Below are positions 39,089 to 49,034 of a stretch of 64,000 nucleotides of DNA, piece by piece. Every line of letters begins with the position of its first letter. Position 1 is the stretch's first letter. The translations under genes were made by a program, and so were the position numbers. The notes under the pieces were generated by a model. It saw only the letters and a program-made list of their open reading frames with translations. It had not been told where the DNA came from and searched no databases. This DNA comes from Chitinophagales bacterium (GTDB lineage: Bacteria > Bacteroidota > Bacteroidia > Chitinophagales > CAIODY01), in the NCBI GenBank assembly GCA_947452995.1, contig CANGEV010000001.1:389040-453039 (forward strand), written 5' to 3'.

Positions 39089-39631
39089 TTAATTTCTACT
39101 AAAGGCAGCAAAGAAACGCGGATCTTTTACAATTTTTGACTGAAATTTCTCTTCCGGCATTGTTAGGTACATGATCCCTTCCACTAAAGTGTAAAGTCCA
39201 TGTGCTCCACTGATACAATAAGCTAAAGTATAGGATGCATACCCAACCGCGCTGAGGACGCCTGCCGAAGCAGAACTCGAACTAGATCCAGGGCCAGTTG
39301 CGATTAGCGTATAAATTGCAGCCACCCCAAGAATACCAACTAAAAAAGTTGTACCAAGATGCTTTAAACCAGCATCGGTATGTCCCATATAGAAACGATG
39401 TAGCCCAAAAGAACCGCAACATATCGCGGCAATACCTGCCATATTTTGGTTAATTTCTCTTCCTGCAAATTCTTGGCTTGTATTATCCAATAACTTTGAA
39501 TCATACAATGAAACTTCGACAGCTTGATTGAATTTTAGTTCAAGCCCTTCTTGATTTACTTTAAATTCAGAAGCGTGCGCAACAACAAAGAAACTAACAA
39601 GGGTGATTACTAAAAAACAAAAACGTACCAT
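39089..39631 (-). CDS. TM2 domain-containing membrane protein
   Basis: Signal peptide, an extracytoplasmic region, then CCGSFGLHRFYMGH plus a second TM helix. Confidence 0.75.
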   Translation of the reverse strand: MVRFCFLVITLVSFFVVAHASEFKVNQEGLELKFNQAVEVSLYDSKLLDNTSQEFAGREINQNMAGIAAICCGSFGLHRFYMGHTDAGLKHLGTTFLVGILGVAAIYTLIATGPGSSSSSASAGVLSAVGYASYTLAYCISGAHGLYTLVEGIMYLTMPEEKFQSKIVKDPRFFAAFSRN

Positions 39632-39694
39632 TTTTTATTAATTAAAATTTCGAGATTGCTAAAATATTAAACAATTATCAAACTTCAAATTTCA

Positions 39695-40930
39695 TTATCC
39701 TTTTCGGAGCACCAATTGCGTTATCTCGGGCCAAATACCTACCCTGCCAGGAAATGCTAAATAGCCAAACCCACGATTAACATATAAATACTTATCAGAA
39801 CCTTCAGGATATAACCCTGCCCATTTAGGATATTTAAATTTAACCGGACTCCATTTCAACCAAGGAATTTCAACTCCGAACTGCATCCCATGTGTGTGCC
39901 CTGCCAGGCTTAAAGAGATGTTGGACGCGTGATTTTTAGCCTCCAAATCCCAATGTGTTGGATCGTGAGATAAAAGTATTTTAAAAATATCCGGCTCTAA
40001 AAAAGCAGTGGCCTTATTCAAATTGCCATACTGTGGAAATGGAGGTGCACCCCAATTTTCGATACCAACCAATGCGATTCGTTCACCACCACGTTCGATA
40101 CAAATATGTTCATTCAACAATAATCTAAACCCTGAAGCTGCATGATGTTTTTTCAATTCTTCAAGGTTTGCTGCCTTAGCCTCACGCGATTCCCATTGTA
40201 CATAATCACCATAATCATGATTACCAAGAATAGAAAAGACTCCTTGCGGAGCTTTAAGTAATTGAAAAGAAGAAATCCATGGTTCTGCTTCTGAGGACAC
40301 ATTATTAACTAAATCCCCAGTGAAGACAATTAAATCACTATTCAGGTTTGTGGCCATTTTAAGACCGCGTTCAACTTCCTCCTTATTATCAAAGCTTCCA
40401 ATATGTATGTCACTCAATTGGGTAATAGTAAAACCATCGAAAGCTTCAGGAAGATTTTTAAATTTTAGCTCTTGACGATGTATGGTAAATTTAAATCGGC
40501 CTTTCCAAATACCATGCAATACAGCACCCATTGGTATGGCAGCAATTAAAACACTCACTTGAGTTATAAATTTACGACGATCAGGCATAAGTAAAGACTC
40601 GCCTTTCAACAAAGGCAAAGCAGAGGCAAATAAACGTCCTGTGTCCTGAATCAATAGAAAAACAGCCAATAATAACTTTGGGATGTATAAGAAAATAAAA
40701 AATCCCATCACACCGCGTGCCATCCAATTATTAATGCCAGCTTTTCGTGAAACGAAGAATAATAAACCCAAAAGGGTTAGCCAAAAGGCGACGTGCAGCC
40801 CCCAATAAATCCATTTAAAAATGCGCAAAGATTGTTGATTATCGAATAACGCATAAAGAGCTCGCGCCACATAGACATCAATTAAAACGAAAAGGGCTAC
40901 GAAGATAAAAATCCGAATAAGAGTATGCAT
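39695..40930 (-). CDS. membrane-anchored metallophosphoesterase (YkuE-like)
   Basis: N-terminal TM helices. Calcineurin-like motifs LSDIHIG, FTGDLVNN, LGNHDYG and LAGHTHGMQ. Confidence 0.85.
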   Translation of the reverse strand: MHTLIRIFIFVALFVLIDVYVARALYALFDNQQSLRIFKWIYWGLHVAFWLTLLGLLFFVSRKAGINNWMARGVMGFFIFLYIPKLLLAVFLLIQDTGRLFASALPLLKGESLLMPDRRKFITQVSVLIAAIPMGAVLHGIWKGRFKFTIHRQELKFKNLPEAFDGFTITQLSDIHIGSFDNKEEVERGLKMATNLNSDLIVFTGDLVNNVSSEAEPWISSFQLLKAPQGVFSILGNHDYGDYVQWESREAKAANLEELKKHHAASGFRLLLNEHICIERGGERIALVGIENWGAPPFPQYGNLNKATAFLEPDIFKILLSHDPTHWDLEAKNHASNISLSLAGHTHGMQFGVEIPWLKWSPVKFKYPKWAGLYPEGSDKYLYVNRGFGYLAFPGRVGIWPEITQLVLRKG

Positions 40931-41000
40931 AACTATTACAAAGGTAAAAAGCCTTTGCTTGTAAAAAGTTTAAAGTCGTTAAAGAATTTGTAATGCTGGA

Positions 41001-42071
41001 TTAATGCTGAATAATAATCTCTTCGAGATCCGCATCACTCGGGTCAAGAATTTGCAAAATACGAGCATTTGCATTCGCAGGAGAAGTACGTTTTCTACTT
41101 GGAATTATATAACGAAGGGAGGTTTCGAAATACAATCCTCCACTTGCATATATGTGTAAAGGTGCATCTAGAGTGGGCGAAGGTGCTTTCGCACTTATAC
41201 GTGGGAATTCATCGCGGTTATAGAAATACAAATCCCTGTTGAACAAGGTGCCACATTCAAAGGTTAAAAGAAAAATTTTAGAGACATTATGCTTAAACCC
41301 AATACCTGTTGGATAGTCTGATTTGGTTAGAAACACCGAGGCCGATTCATTTGGAAGGTCTTCATTGTAAGCTGATATCCTAAATGTTTCATTCCGACGA
41401 TGACAGGAAGCATACCATTGCCATTGTTTATTGTAGCGATAACTAATTCGAATGGTGTAAGGATAGGCTGCAAATAAATTTATTCGATTAGTGCATTTCC
41501 ATTGTAGACCGACAATTGGCACAAAAAGTTGTTCTCGATTAATACTTGCAAATACCCCACCACCGCGTATTTTGAGGCGGTCTGAGATAGAGCGTTCATA
41601 AACAGAACTGAATAGTAAGCGTACATTCGGGTTATCGATAGTATAATTATCATCTGCTAAGCCTGTTCCAAGGGTATTCATCCAGATAAATTTACCTGGC
41701 TTAAATAGTGTATAATTGATAGAAGAATTAAAGCTATACACTTCATGAAATTGCCAGAGGAAAGATGCTTCAGGTAAAGAATAGCGAAATCCTAATCCAA
41801 ATCCAACAGAATGGCATAAGTCATTATTACTTTGAAAGTAAAACAACGGAAGGTTTGCATCTATTCTTAATTGCGCGAACTTAAAAGCGGTATTAGTATC
41901 TCCGAAAAAAGCGGAAGGCTCATAACGGAGCATGCTTTGAATTACTGGCACCGGGCGATTTTCAGCAAATAAACTCGTTTGATCATTGATACTACTCACA
42001 TTAGAACTTTGCGCATTCCCTCTCAAAAGAGGTAATGTCCAGAGCAACAGTAATGATAGCAGTTTACGCAT
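41001..42071 (-). CDS. putative outer-membrane beta-barrel protein of unknown function
   Basis: Signal peptide. Strongly alternating aromatic/polar strands. Overlaps the end of lspA by 8 nt. Confidence 0.4.
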   Translation of the reverse strand: MRKLLSLLLLWTLPLLRGNAQSSNVSSINDQTSLFAENRPVPVIQSMLRYEPSAFFGDTNTAFKFAQLRIDANLPLFYFQSNNDLCHSVGFGLGFRYSLPEASFLWQFHEVYSFNSSINYTLFKPGKFIWMNTLGTGLADDNYTIDNPNVRLLFSSVYERSISDRLKIRGGGVFASINREQLFVPIVGLQWKCTNRINLFAAYPYTIRISYRYNKQWQWYASCHRRNETFRISAYNEDLPNESASVFLTKSDYPTGIGFKHNVSKIFLLTFECGTLFNRDLYFYNRDEFPRISAKAPSPTLDAPLHIYASGGLYFETSLRYIIPSRKRTSPANANARILQILDPSDADLEEIIIQH

Positions 42072-42762
42072 TCGGAGATTCTGTAATTTCTGAGGATTGT
42101 ATATTCTTTGACAATTCGTTTTCAGAAAGGTTTAATTCTTCCTCCTTTTTATTATCAAAAATAGAACGATAAAAAAGTAACATTAAGGCTACCCCAACGC
42201 TAATTGAAGCATCTGCAATATTAAAAACAGGATCAAAAAAAGTAAAGTAAGAACCCCCTAACCATTTAGGCAAATAACCTTCAAATAATGGAAAGTAAAG
42301 CATGTCTACCACTTTGCCATGTAGTATATGAGCATACCCTCCCCCTTTAGGAAAAACCGTTGCAATGTCGAAAGGAGTTGATGCAGAGAAAATACTACCG
42401 AAATAAAGGCTATCTAAAATATTACCTACTGCACCTGCAAAAATCAAACTTAGGCAAAATACTAAACCAGGGGTAGCATTCGACTTGATCAAACTAACAA
42501 TAAAGCGACCGATAAAAAACACAGCTATTATTCGAAACAAAGAAAGCACTAATTTGCCCCATGTCCCTGAGGGACCAAGTTTCCACCCAAAGGCCATACC
42601 TTCATTTTCGACGAAATGAATTTTAAACCAACTAGTAACATCATATTGGTCGCCTATTGCAAAATGAGTCTTAACATAGAATTTAACACACTGATCTACT
42701 AATAATACCAATGCAACCGTTAAAGCCGCAATCCACCACATTTTATTTTTACTTTCTATCAT
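42064..42762 (-). CDS. lspA: lipoprotein signal peptidase (signal peptidase II)
   Basis: Four TM helices. NEGMAFG and FNIADASISVG catalytic-Asp motifs. It also has an acidic C-terminal extension. Confidence 0.88.
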   Translation of the reverse strand: MIESKNKMWWIAALTVALVLLVDQCVKFYVKTHFAIGDQYDVTSWFKIHFVENEGMAFGWKLGPSGTWGKLVLSLFRIIAVFFIGRFIVSLIKSNATPGLVFCLSLIFAGAVGNILDSLYFGSIFSASTPFDIATVFPKGGGYAHILHGKVVDMLYFPLFEGYLPKWLGGSYFTFFDPVFNIADASISVGVALMLLFYRSIFDNKKEEELNLSENELSKNIQSSEITESPNA

Positions 42763-42828
42763 ATTACAAAGTTAAAACACTTAATCGCTCCAATGCTTTT
42801 ATCTTGTCAATTTTTATACAATCCTACT

Positions 42829-43869
42829 CTATCGAGATTTCCCCCTAGCAATTGGCACCCTAAAGGTGATGGAATTATTTGCCATTCCCGGATTGAAATA
42901 ACTTCTGCTATACGCAATCCACGCATATTTTGTCTTCACTTCAAACCCCATTGAGAAACCTGTCATACCTGCACGATCGATATTTTTCAACTCCTTACGA
43001 CGCAGATGATTATATCCTAATTGCAAGTCGAATGATTTCCCAAAATGCATCACACCCCCTACTGCTAAATGTCTAGCAATATTATCCAAAATATATTTAT
43101 TTGTGTACGCACCTATCGTGTCAGTTCCATCAATTGATGTGCTCACAATAGGATCAGGATAACGAATATAAAACTGTTCTAAGTGTTGTGCCGAAGCGTA
43201 GAAAGTAAACGGTATATGTTCTAAACGCTTTGAAACCGAAAAACGTATATCCAAGGGTAAACTTTCATTTGCATCAATAGCCTTGCCGCCTAGATGATGT
43301 GTTATAATTCCAAAATTAGAAACGGTAAGTCCTGCTTTAAACCGTTTCGCCGTATCACTGTATAAAAGTCCAATGGTATTAGTCCAGGCATATGCATTAT
43401 CAGACTCAAAATAACTTGCTGCAAAGCCCGTACGATAGCCAAAATGATAGCGAGGTGCTATTTCCTTTGCCCAACTTAAATGTGCATTATATTCTGAACA
43501 GGTAAAAAATCCCGTTCCATTACCGTATGAATCATTTGTTTCAAATTTGCCATAATTCACATATTGTAAGCCTGCTGCAAACACCGATTTATGAAATGTC
43601 TTAGCGGCAGCGACATAACCACTCTGAATCCCTGCAAACCAAAAAGTATGATTGACTTCCAAATCCTGACGCATAGTTGTATGCAATAAAGCAGGATTTT
43701 TATAGGCATTGGATATACTTGCTCTTTCAGCAGCATCTGCAGCAGGACCTAGTACATTTACGAACGAGGAGCTAGGCAGTTGCAAATAGTTAAAGGTGTG
43801 CAAACCGCCTACTTGAGCAAAAGAGTTCAAGCTAACAAGCAGAACAAATAAGGACAAACTTATCTTCAT
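42829..43869 (-). CDS. porQ: type IX secretion system protein PorQ-like outer-membrane beta-barrel
   Basis: Signal peptide MKISLSLFVLLVSLNSFAQ. Then VGGLHTFNYLQLPSS...NPALL, which I remember as the PorQ N-terminal signature. Size is ~340 aa. Confidence 0.55.
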   Translation of the reverse strand: MKISLSLFVLLVSLNSFAQVGGLHTFNYLQLPSSSFVNVLGPAADAAERASISNAYKNPALLHTTMRQDLEVNHTFWFAGIQSGYVAAAKTFHKSVFAAGLQYVNYGKFETNDSYGNGTGFFTCSEYNAHLSWAKEIAPRYHFGYRTGFAASYFESDNAYAWTNTIGLLYSDTAKRFKAGLTVSNFGIITHHLGGKAIDANESLPLDIRFSVSKRLEHIPFTFYASAQHLEQFYIRYPDPIVSTSIDGTDTIGAYTNKYILDNIARHLAVGGVMHFGKSFDLQLGYNHLRRKELKNIDRAGMTGFSMGFEVKTKYAWIAYSRSYFNPGMANNSITFRVPIARGKSR

Positions 43870-43894
43870 TTGTTCCAAATTAAGCAAAAATCAA

Positions 43895-44980
43895 TTATCC
43901 TACAGTATAAAATGGAATTTTAACAACTTCGGCTTTCAATACTTTATCACGGATCGCGATTCCTATTACGGCGCCAGGTTTTGCTAAATCACTACTCACG
44001 TATGCCATACCGATAGCAGAACCTAATGATGGAGATTGTGTGCCAGAGGTTACAACGCCAATTGTTTCATTCGCGTCATTTTTTACTTCATACCCATGAC
44101 GTGGAATACCACGATCAATCATTTTGATACCCACTAATTTGCGTGCCGTACCATTTTCTTTATGAGCCTTGAGATTTGCACTATTGGTGAATTCTTTGGT
44201 GAATTTAGTAATCCAACCAAGACCTGCTTCGATAGGAGATGTGGTATCATCGATATCGTTACCATAGAGGCAGAATCCCATTTCTAAACGTAAGGTATCA
44301 CGTGCACCTAAACCAATTGGTTTGATATCAAAATCTGCACCTGCTTCAAAAACGGCTTTCCAAATCGTTGCTGCATCTTTAATATCAAAATAAATTTCAA
44401 CTCCACCAGCTCCTGTATAACCGGTAGCAGAAACTACTACATTTTCACAACCTGCGAATACCCCTTTATCGAAGGTATAATATTTCATATTGATCAGATC
44501 CATATTAGTCAACTTCTGCATTGCAGCGGTTGCCTTAGGGCCTTGCACAGCCAGTAATGCCGTTCTGTCAGAAATGTTTTGCATTTCTACATTAGCTGTA
44601 TTATGTTGTTGAATCCAATTCCAATCTTTATCAATATTACCGGCATTCACTACCAACATATACACGTTTTCCTCTACACGATAAACTAATAAATCATCTA
44701 CAATACCACCTGTTGCATTTGGCAAGCAGGAGTATTGTGCTTGATGAATAGCAAGTTTAGTAGCGTCATTCGAAGTGACACGATTGATCAATTCCAATGC
44801 ACCTTCTCCTTTAACAATAAATTCGCCCATATGACTAACGTCAAAAACACCTACACTGTTACGCACTTGATGATGTTCTTCATTAATTCCAGTATAGCTG
44901 ATAGGCATATTAAACCCAGCAAATTCAGCCATTTTAGCACCAAGGGCAATATGATTTTCTGTAAAAGGAGTATTTTTCAT
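43895..44980 (-). CDS. gcvT: glycine cleavage system aminomethyltransferase T
   Basis: [17 protein letters not shown]..., [15 protein letters not shown] and [13 protein letters not shown] motifs. ATG at 44980 preferred. Confidence 0.93.
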   Translation of the reverse strand: MKNTPFTENHIALGAKMAEFAGFNMPISYTGINEEHHQVRNSVGVFDVSHMGEFIVKGEGALELINRVTSNDATKLAIHQAQYSCLPNATGGIVDDLLVYRVEENVYMLVVNAGNIDKDWNWIQQHNTANVEMQNISDRTALLAVQGPKATAAMQKLTNMDLINMKYYTFDKGVFAGCENVVVSATGYTGAGGVEIYFDIKDAATIWKAVFEAGADFDIKPIGLGARDTLRLEMGFCLYGNDIDDTTSPIEAGLGWITKFTKEFTNSANLKAHKENGTARKLVGIKMIDRGIPRHGYEVKNDANETIGVVTSGTQSPSLGSAIGMAYVSSDLAKPGAVIGIAIRDKVLKAEVVKIPFYTVG

Positions 44981-44997
44981 TTTTTGATCTTTTAAAA

Positions 44998-46056
44998 TTA
45001 ACAAGGGATAACCCAATTGAATTTGTCGGCTTCGTTACCACATTTTATATTATCCAAACGAGCTTTGATTGCATGTGAAATCGTTCTTTCAGCCACAGGC
45101 TTTACCATTAAATCGCGCCCTTCATAACCAAACAACTCGATATGGGAAAGAGAAGCAGCGGTGCCCGTACCGAAGGCGTCATTTAAAATTCCTTTGTCAG
45201 CAGCATCAACGATTTCATCTATAGTGATGGGACGCTCTTCTACCGAATATCCACCATCTTTTAATAGCGCAATAACACTACTTCTTGTAATGCCTTCAAG
45301 GATACATCCATCGATATTCGGCGTGATAAACTTATCTCCAATTTGAACAAAGAAGTTCATGGTACCAATTTCGTGAGCGTATTTAAACTCAGCTCCATCC
45401 ATCCATAACACTTGATCATATCCTTTCTGACGAGCTTCAATCATTGGCAACATTGTTGCGCCATAATTACCGATCGCTTTCACATCACCAGTACCGCCTT
45501 TGAAAGCGCGTACATACTTGTCAGCAACTAATATTTTAACTGGCTTGTCATAGTATTTTGACACAGGTGTCGCAATAATCATGAAGCGAAACTTTTCGGT
45601 TGGTTTGATTCCGATTAAAGAATCAGTTGCGAAAAGGAACGGACGAATATAAAGCGCAGAACCTGCTTCGGTAGGAACCCATGCTTTGTCTAACTGCAAT
45701 AATTGCGTAAGTCCATTCATGAAAATTTCTTCTGGCACTTCTGGCAAAGCCATACGACGAGCACCATAGTTCAAACGATGTAAATTATCAAGCGGACGGA
45801 ACATCATTGGTGTTCCTTCTGCATTCAAAACAGCCTTCATTCCTTCGAATATACCTTGTCCGTAGTGCATGGTATATAATGAAGGAGATGTAGCAATCGG
45901 ACCATAAGGAGCGATATGACAGTTACCCCACTTGCCGTCAGCATAATCAGCAATGAATAAGTGATCAGTGAATAATTTACCAAACACTAAGTTGGTCAAA
46001 GGTTGTTGAGAAACGCGGCTTTGAGCTACTTTCTCAATACGTATAGGATATTGCAT
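44998..46056 (-). CDS. ilvE: branched-chain amino acid aminotransferase (class IV)
   Basis: [29 protein letters not shown] and GITR motifs. ATG at 46056 preferred. Confidence 0.9.
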   Translation of the reverse strand: MQYPIRIEKVAQSRVSQQPLTNLVFGKLFTDHLFIADYADGKWGNCHIAPYGPIATSPSLYTMHYGQGIFEGMKAVLNAEGTPMMFRPLDNLHRLNYGARRMALPEVPEEIFMNGLTQLLQLDKAWVPTEAGSALYIRPFLFATDSLIGIKPTEKFRFMIIATPVSKYYDKPVKILVADKYVRAFKGGTGDVKAIGNYGATMLPMIEARQKGYDQVLWMDGAEFKYAHEIGTMNFFVQIGDKFITPNIDGCILEGITRSSVIALLKDGGYSVEERPITIDEIVDAADKGILNDAFGTGTAASLSHIELFGYEGRDLMVKPVAERTISHAIKARLDNIKCGNEADKFNWVIPC

Positions 46057-46105
46057 TATCGCCAAAATTAGGGACGTAAAGAAACGATATTTTTTAGAAT
46101 TAAAG

Positions 46106-48187
46106 CTATCTGACAACGACGAATTGTCCACGTTTTACGAAACCTGTGGAAAGATCTTTCACTAAAAAATAGTAAAGTCCGGAAGAAATGGTTTGACGCG
46201 TCGCGGAAAGCAGGTCATAAGCATGCTCGCCACCTGCCAATACTCTTGTATCGGCATTTCCACCATTCAGCCTGTACCAATCAATCGTTGAATTAGCACT
46301 TGCGTCTGATTCATGATTAAAACTGGTAACCACATCACCGCTTTGGGTATAGATTGTGATTAAACAATTAGCTGGCAAATGATTGAAATAAATCTTGTGC
46401 GAAGTAGCTGTTCCTCCATCCCAAGCAGCTTCTACCACAAAAGGATTCGGATAAACACCGATAGCGGTGGTGTCGTCATTAGCCGCGGAAGTACCTGGAA
46501 AAACATTAAACGTATTTGTAATAAAAGAAGACTCCAAAGGATCCAAACCTTGGTTTTTATCTCCCTCATCAAATGCAGTAAGTACCACTTCGTAGCGCCA
46601 ACCGCTCAATAATCCATTCATTTCATAATGATAGGTATAGCTTATCGTATCGCCCTCAAATTTCAAAGGAGCTATTTTAATCGCGCCAAAACCGTTGTTG
46701 TACCCAACACTATCCCCTATTTTATCCCATTGTCCAATCTGATTATAGGCAATGGTTGCATCGTTTCCATCATTTCCCTTATTCACATTAGAACGATACA
46801 ATTTATAGCCTTCAAAATCTTTCTTTTTAGAAATAGGATCTATGGATGCTTCAGCTATATTGTCCCAATAAATATCCATTTTACCTTCTCCTGGTACAAT
46901 TTTCACATGGGGATCATGTGGCGGAGAAGGCAGAATATAACGATCTAAAACATTGTCTGCGTCGAGATCTTCTCCTGGGTCTAAAAGACCATTATTATTT
47001 ACATCTTCACCACGATAGGTACGTTTTGCCCATTCTATATTTGACATTAAATTAGCTCGGTTATTGTAATCATCATTGGTATGCGGTAATGAAGGACCTG
47101 TTTGTTTAGCACAAAGGAAGGCTACGGTAAAGTATACCGTTTCATTCGGCGCAATTTGCACGAAGGGGCCAACGCTCATTAATTGCGTACGGTTATCAGC
47201 TGTGTTTAAAAATATATTACTTCCCGGAGAGTTGACACCATTCTTCATACGGGTATATCTTTTTACGTCGTCGTCAGGGAACCCGCTAATATAAGGCGGG
47301 GCAGGCCCTAAATCTTTATAGCGCCAGAAATTGGCATTTACCAGTGGATTAGGATATCCTGCCGCAGTTATTGCACTTGCATTATCAGGATGAAAAAACA
47401 AATTACGATATTCTGCTCCTAAGAACAACATTGCACCGTACGAATTGGTGTAACCAGGATCACCATTATAATCGTAGGCATAAATAGCTTTGGCAGTATC
47501 CAACCAACCACATGCCCCCTTGTTAAAGAAAGAGGTTCCTGAAGCGGATGTAACATTCACATTACGTACAATCAAATCGGTCCAAAGCCCTACAAAAACA
47601 GAGTCCCAAGCGGTTGAGGAATTATTGGTTATTTTATAATTACAAATCACGAAATAGTCGGCATAACCATAATTCCATGCATACGTTTCTAGATGAACAT
47701 TAGCCCCTAGAGGCACATTGTGAGAAGAAATAGGAGTGGTAGTACCTGGAACAACCGTGTATTGGTCTGTAAAATCGATCAGAAGATCTTGATGAGAGAT
47801 CGCGGAGCTTGAATAATAGTTGTTGCTAGTGAGTGAGGAACGTTGATTGATGGCATTTCCTAACGGAGCCGTGAATTCAAATCCTGCAGCACCCGTAGTA
47901 TAGCCACTTGCAGCATCTATGGAAGCTGTTGATACCGCTGTTTGACCAGCAACTTTAGCTCCAATCCATAATCCCCCTTCGAACAAATGTTCAATACCCG
48001 AACCTTTCGGATATTGCATGGAAGGCTTGTTAGAACTAGTGGCCATCGATGGATCACCAATCGTGCCGGCATTGGTGAACGACAAGGTTAAATTACCTGC
48101 GTCCGTCACCTGACGACTGAACGAGGACTGGGCATTTGCTTGTGAAAAACACAAGGCGGGTATTAATAGAAATAATAACTTCTTCAT
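46106..48187 (-). CDS. large secreted protein with Asp-rich calcium-binding-type loops and a T9SS/FlgD-Ig-like C-terminal sorting domain
   Basis: Signal peptide MKKLLFLLIPALCFSQANAQ (ATG at 48187). GEDVNNNGLLDPGEDLDADNVLD at 46943-47008. C-terminus VYPNPF...GLYYFLVKDL...GQFVVVR. Confidence 0.5.
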   Translation of the reverse strand: MKKLLFLLIPALCFSQANAQSSFSRQVTDAGNLTLSFTNAGTIGDPSMATSSNKPSMQYPKGSGIEHLFEGGLWIGAKVAGQTAVSTASIDAASGYTTGAAGFEFTAPLGNAINQRSSLTSNNYYSSSAISHQDLLIDFTDQYTVVPGTTTPISSHNVPLGANVHLETYAWNYGYADYFVICNYKITNNSSTAWDSVFVGLWTDLIVRNVNVTSASGTSFFNKGACGWLDTAKAIYAYDYNGDPGYTNSYGAMLFLGAEYRNLFFHPDNASAITAAGYPNPLVNANFWRYKDLGPAPPYISGFPDDDVKRYTRMKNGVNSPGSNIFLNTADNRTQLMSVGPFVQIAPNETVYFTVAFLCAKQTGPSLPHTNDDYNNRANLMSNIEWAKRTYRGEDVNNNGLLDPGEDLDADNVLDRYILPSPPHDPHVKIVPGEGKMDIYWDNIAEASIDPISKKKDFEGYKLYRSNVNKGNDGNDATIAYNQIGQWDKIGDSVGYNNGFGAIKIAPLKFEGDTISYTYHYEMNGLLSGWRYEVVLTAFDEGDKNQGLDPLESSFITNTFNVFPGTSAANDDTTAIGVYPNPFVVEAAWDGGTATSHKIYFNHLPANCLITIYTQSGDVVTSFNHESDASANSTIDWYRLNGGNADTRVLAGGEHAYDLLSATRQTISSGLYYFLVKDLSTGFVKRGQFVVVR

Positions 48188-48281
48188 TCCAATGGTTAAT
48201 CTATGCAAATAAACGGAAAGTATCGCGTAAATTAGAGTAAAAGAAAAGCTTTCTCCTGTTATCATTTTATGTCCGGAATTG

Positions 48282-48289
48282 TACCTTTG
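48282..48289 (+). promoter_or_regulatory. -7 promoter box (TAnnTTTG) 4 nt upstream of the pdxJ ATG
   Basis: TACCTTTG ends at 48289 and the ATG is at 48294. Confidence 0.3.
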
Positions 48290-48293
48290 TTTA

Positions 48294-49025
48294 ATGCAAT
48301 CTGTTACCCGTCTTTCTGTAAATGTGAATAAAATTGCGACTCTCCGTAATTCACGGGGCGGCAACCTACCTAATTTATTAAAAATGGTTCAGGATATTGA
48401 AAGATTTGGTGCTGAAGGGATTACTGTTCATCCACGTCCTGATGAACGTCATATCCGTTATAACGACGTCCGCGAATTAAAGCCTATACTAAATACCGAA
48501 TTCAATATCGAAGGTTATCCAGATGAACGCTTTTTAGCCTTAGTAGAAGAGGTAATGCCTGAGCAATGTACTTTAGTGCCAGACCCCCCTGGTGTACTTA
48601 CATCAAATACTGGTTGGGATGTACAAAAAAATGCGGAGCAATTGACTGCTGTGAATGCACGTTTGAGAGCAAAAGGCATAAGGAGCAGCTTATTTATCAA
48701 TCCTGAACCAGAACAAGCAATTGCTGCGGCAGCTGTAGGAGCTGATAGAGTGGAAATTTATACCGGAGTATATGCCGAACATTTTGACAATTCACCTTTT
48801 GATCAATTGATCCTTCCTTATCAAGAAACAGCAAGAGTAGCTGTTGCAGCCGGGCTAGGTATAAATGCCGGCCATGATTTGAATTTAGCCAACCTTAAGC
48901 CTTTCAAGAAGGCCTTGTGTCAGCTAGACGAAGTGTCTATAGGCCATGCATTGATTTGCGATGCGCTTTACTACGGTATTGAAAATACGATTCAACTTTA
49001 CTTACGTTGCTTAAACAAGGAATAA
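48294..49025 (+). CDS. pdxJ: pyridoxine 5'-phosphate synthase
   Basis: LSVNVNKIATLRNSRGG, HPRPDERH and EVSIGHALI motifs. ATG at 48294 preferred. Confidence 0.92.
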   Translation: MQSVTRLSVNVNKIATLRNSRGGNLPNLLKMVQDIERFGAEGITVHPRPDERHIRYNDVRELKPILNTEFNIEGYPDERFLALVEEVMPEQCTLVPDPPGVLTSNTGWDVQKNAEQLTAVNARLRAKGIRSSLFINPEPEQAIAAAAVGADRVEIYTGVYAEHFDNSPFDQLILPYQETARVAVAAGLGINAGHDLNLANLKPFKKALCQLDEVSIGHALICDALYYGIENTIQLYLRCLNKE

Positions 49026-49034
49026 TTAACTAAA

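Noticed and set aside
44981-44997. A possible glycine riboswitch upstream of gcvT.
   Set aside because: Only 17 nt separate the ilvE stop from the gcvT ATG, which leaves no room for a riboswitch aptamer.
48188-48364. A 59-aa N-terminal extension of the 752-aa ORF, which would overlap the pdxJ start on the opposite strand.
   Set aside because: A canonical signal peptide begins at the internal Met (MKKLLFLLIPALCFSQANAQ, ATG at 48187). The extension has no signal-like features and runs through the divergent promoter region.
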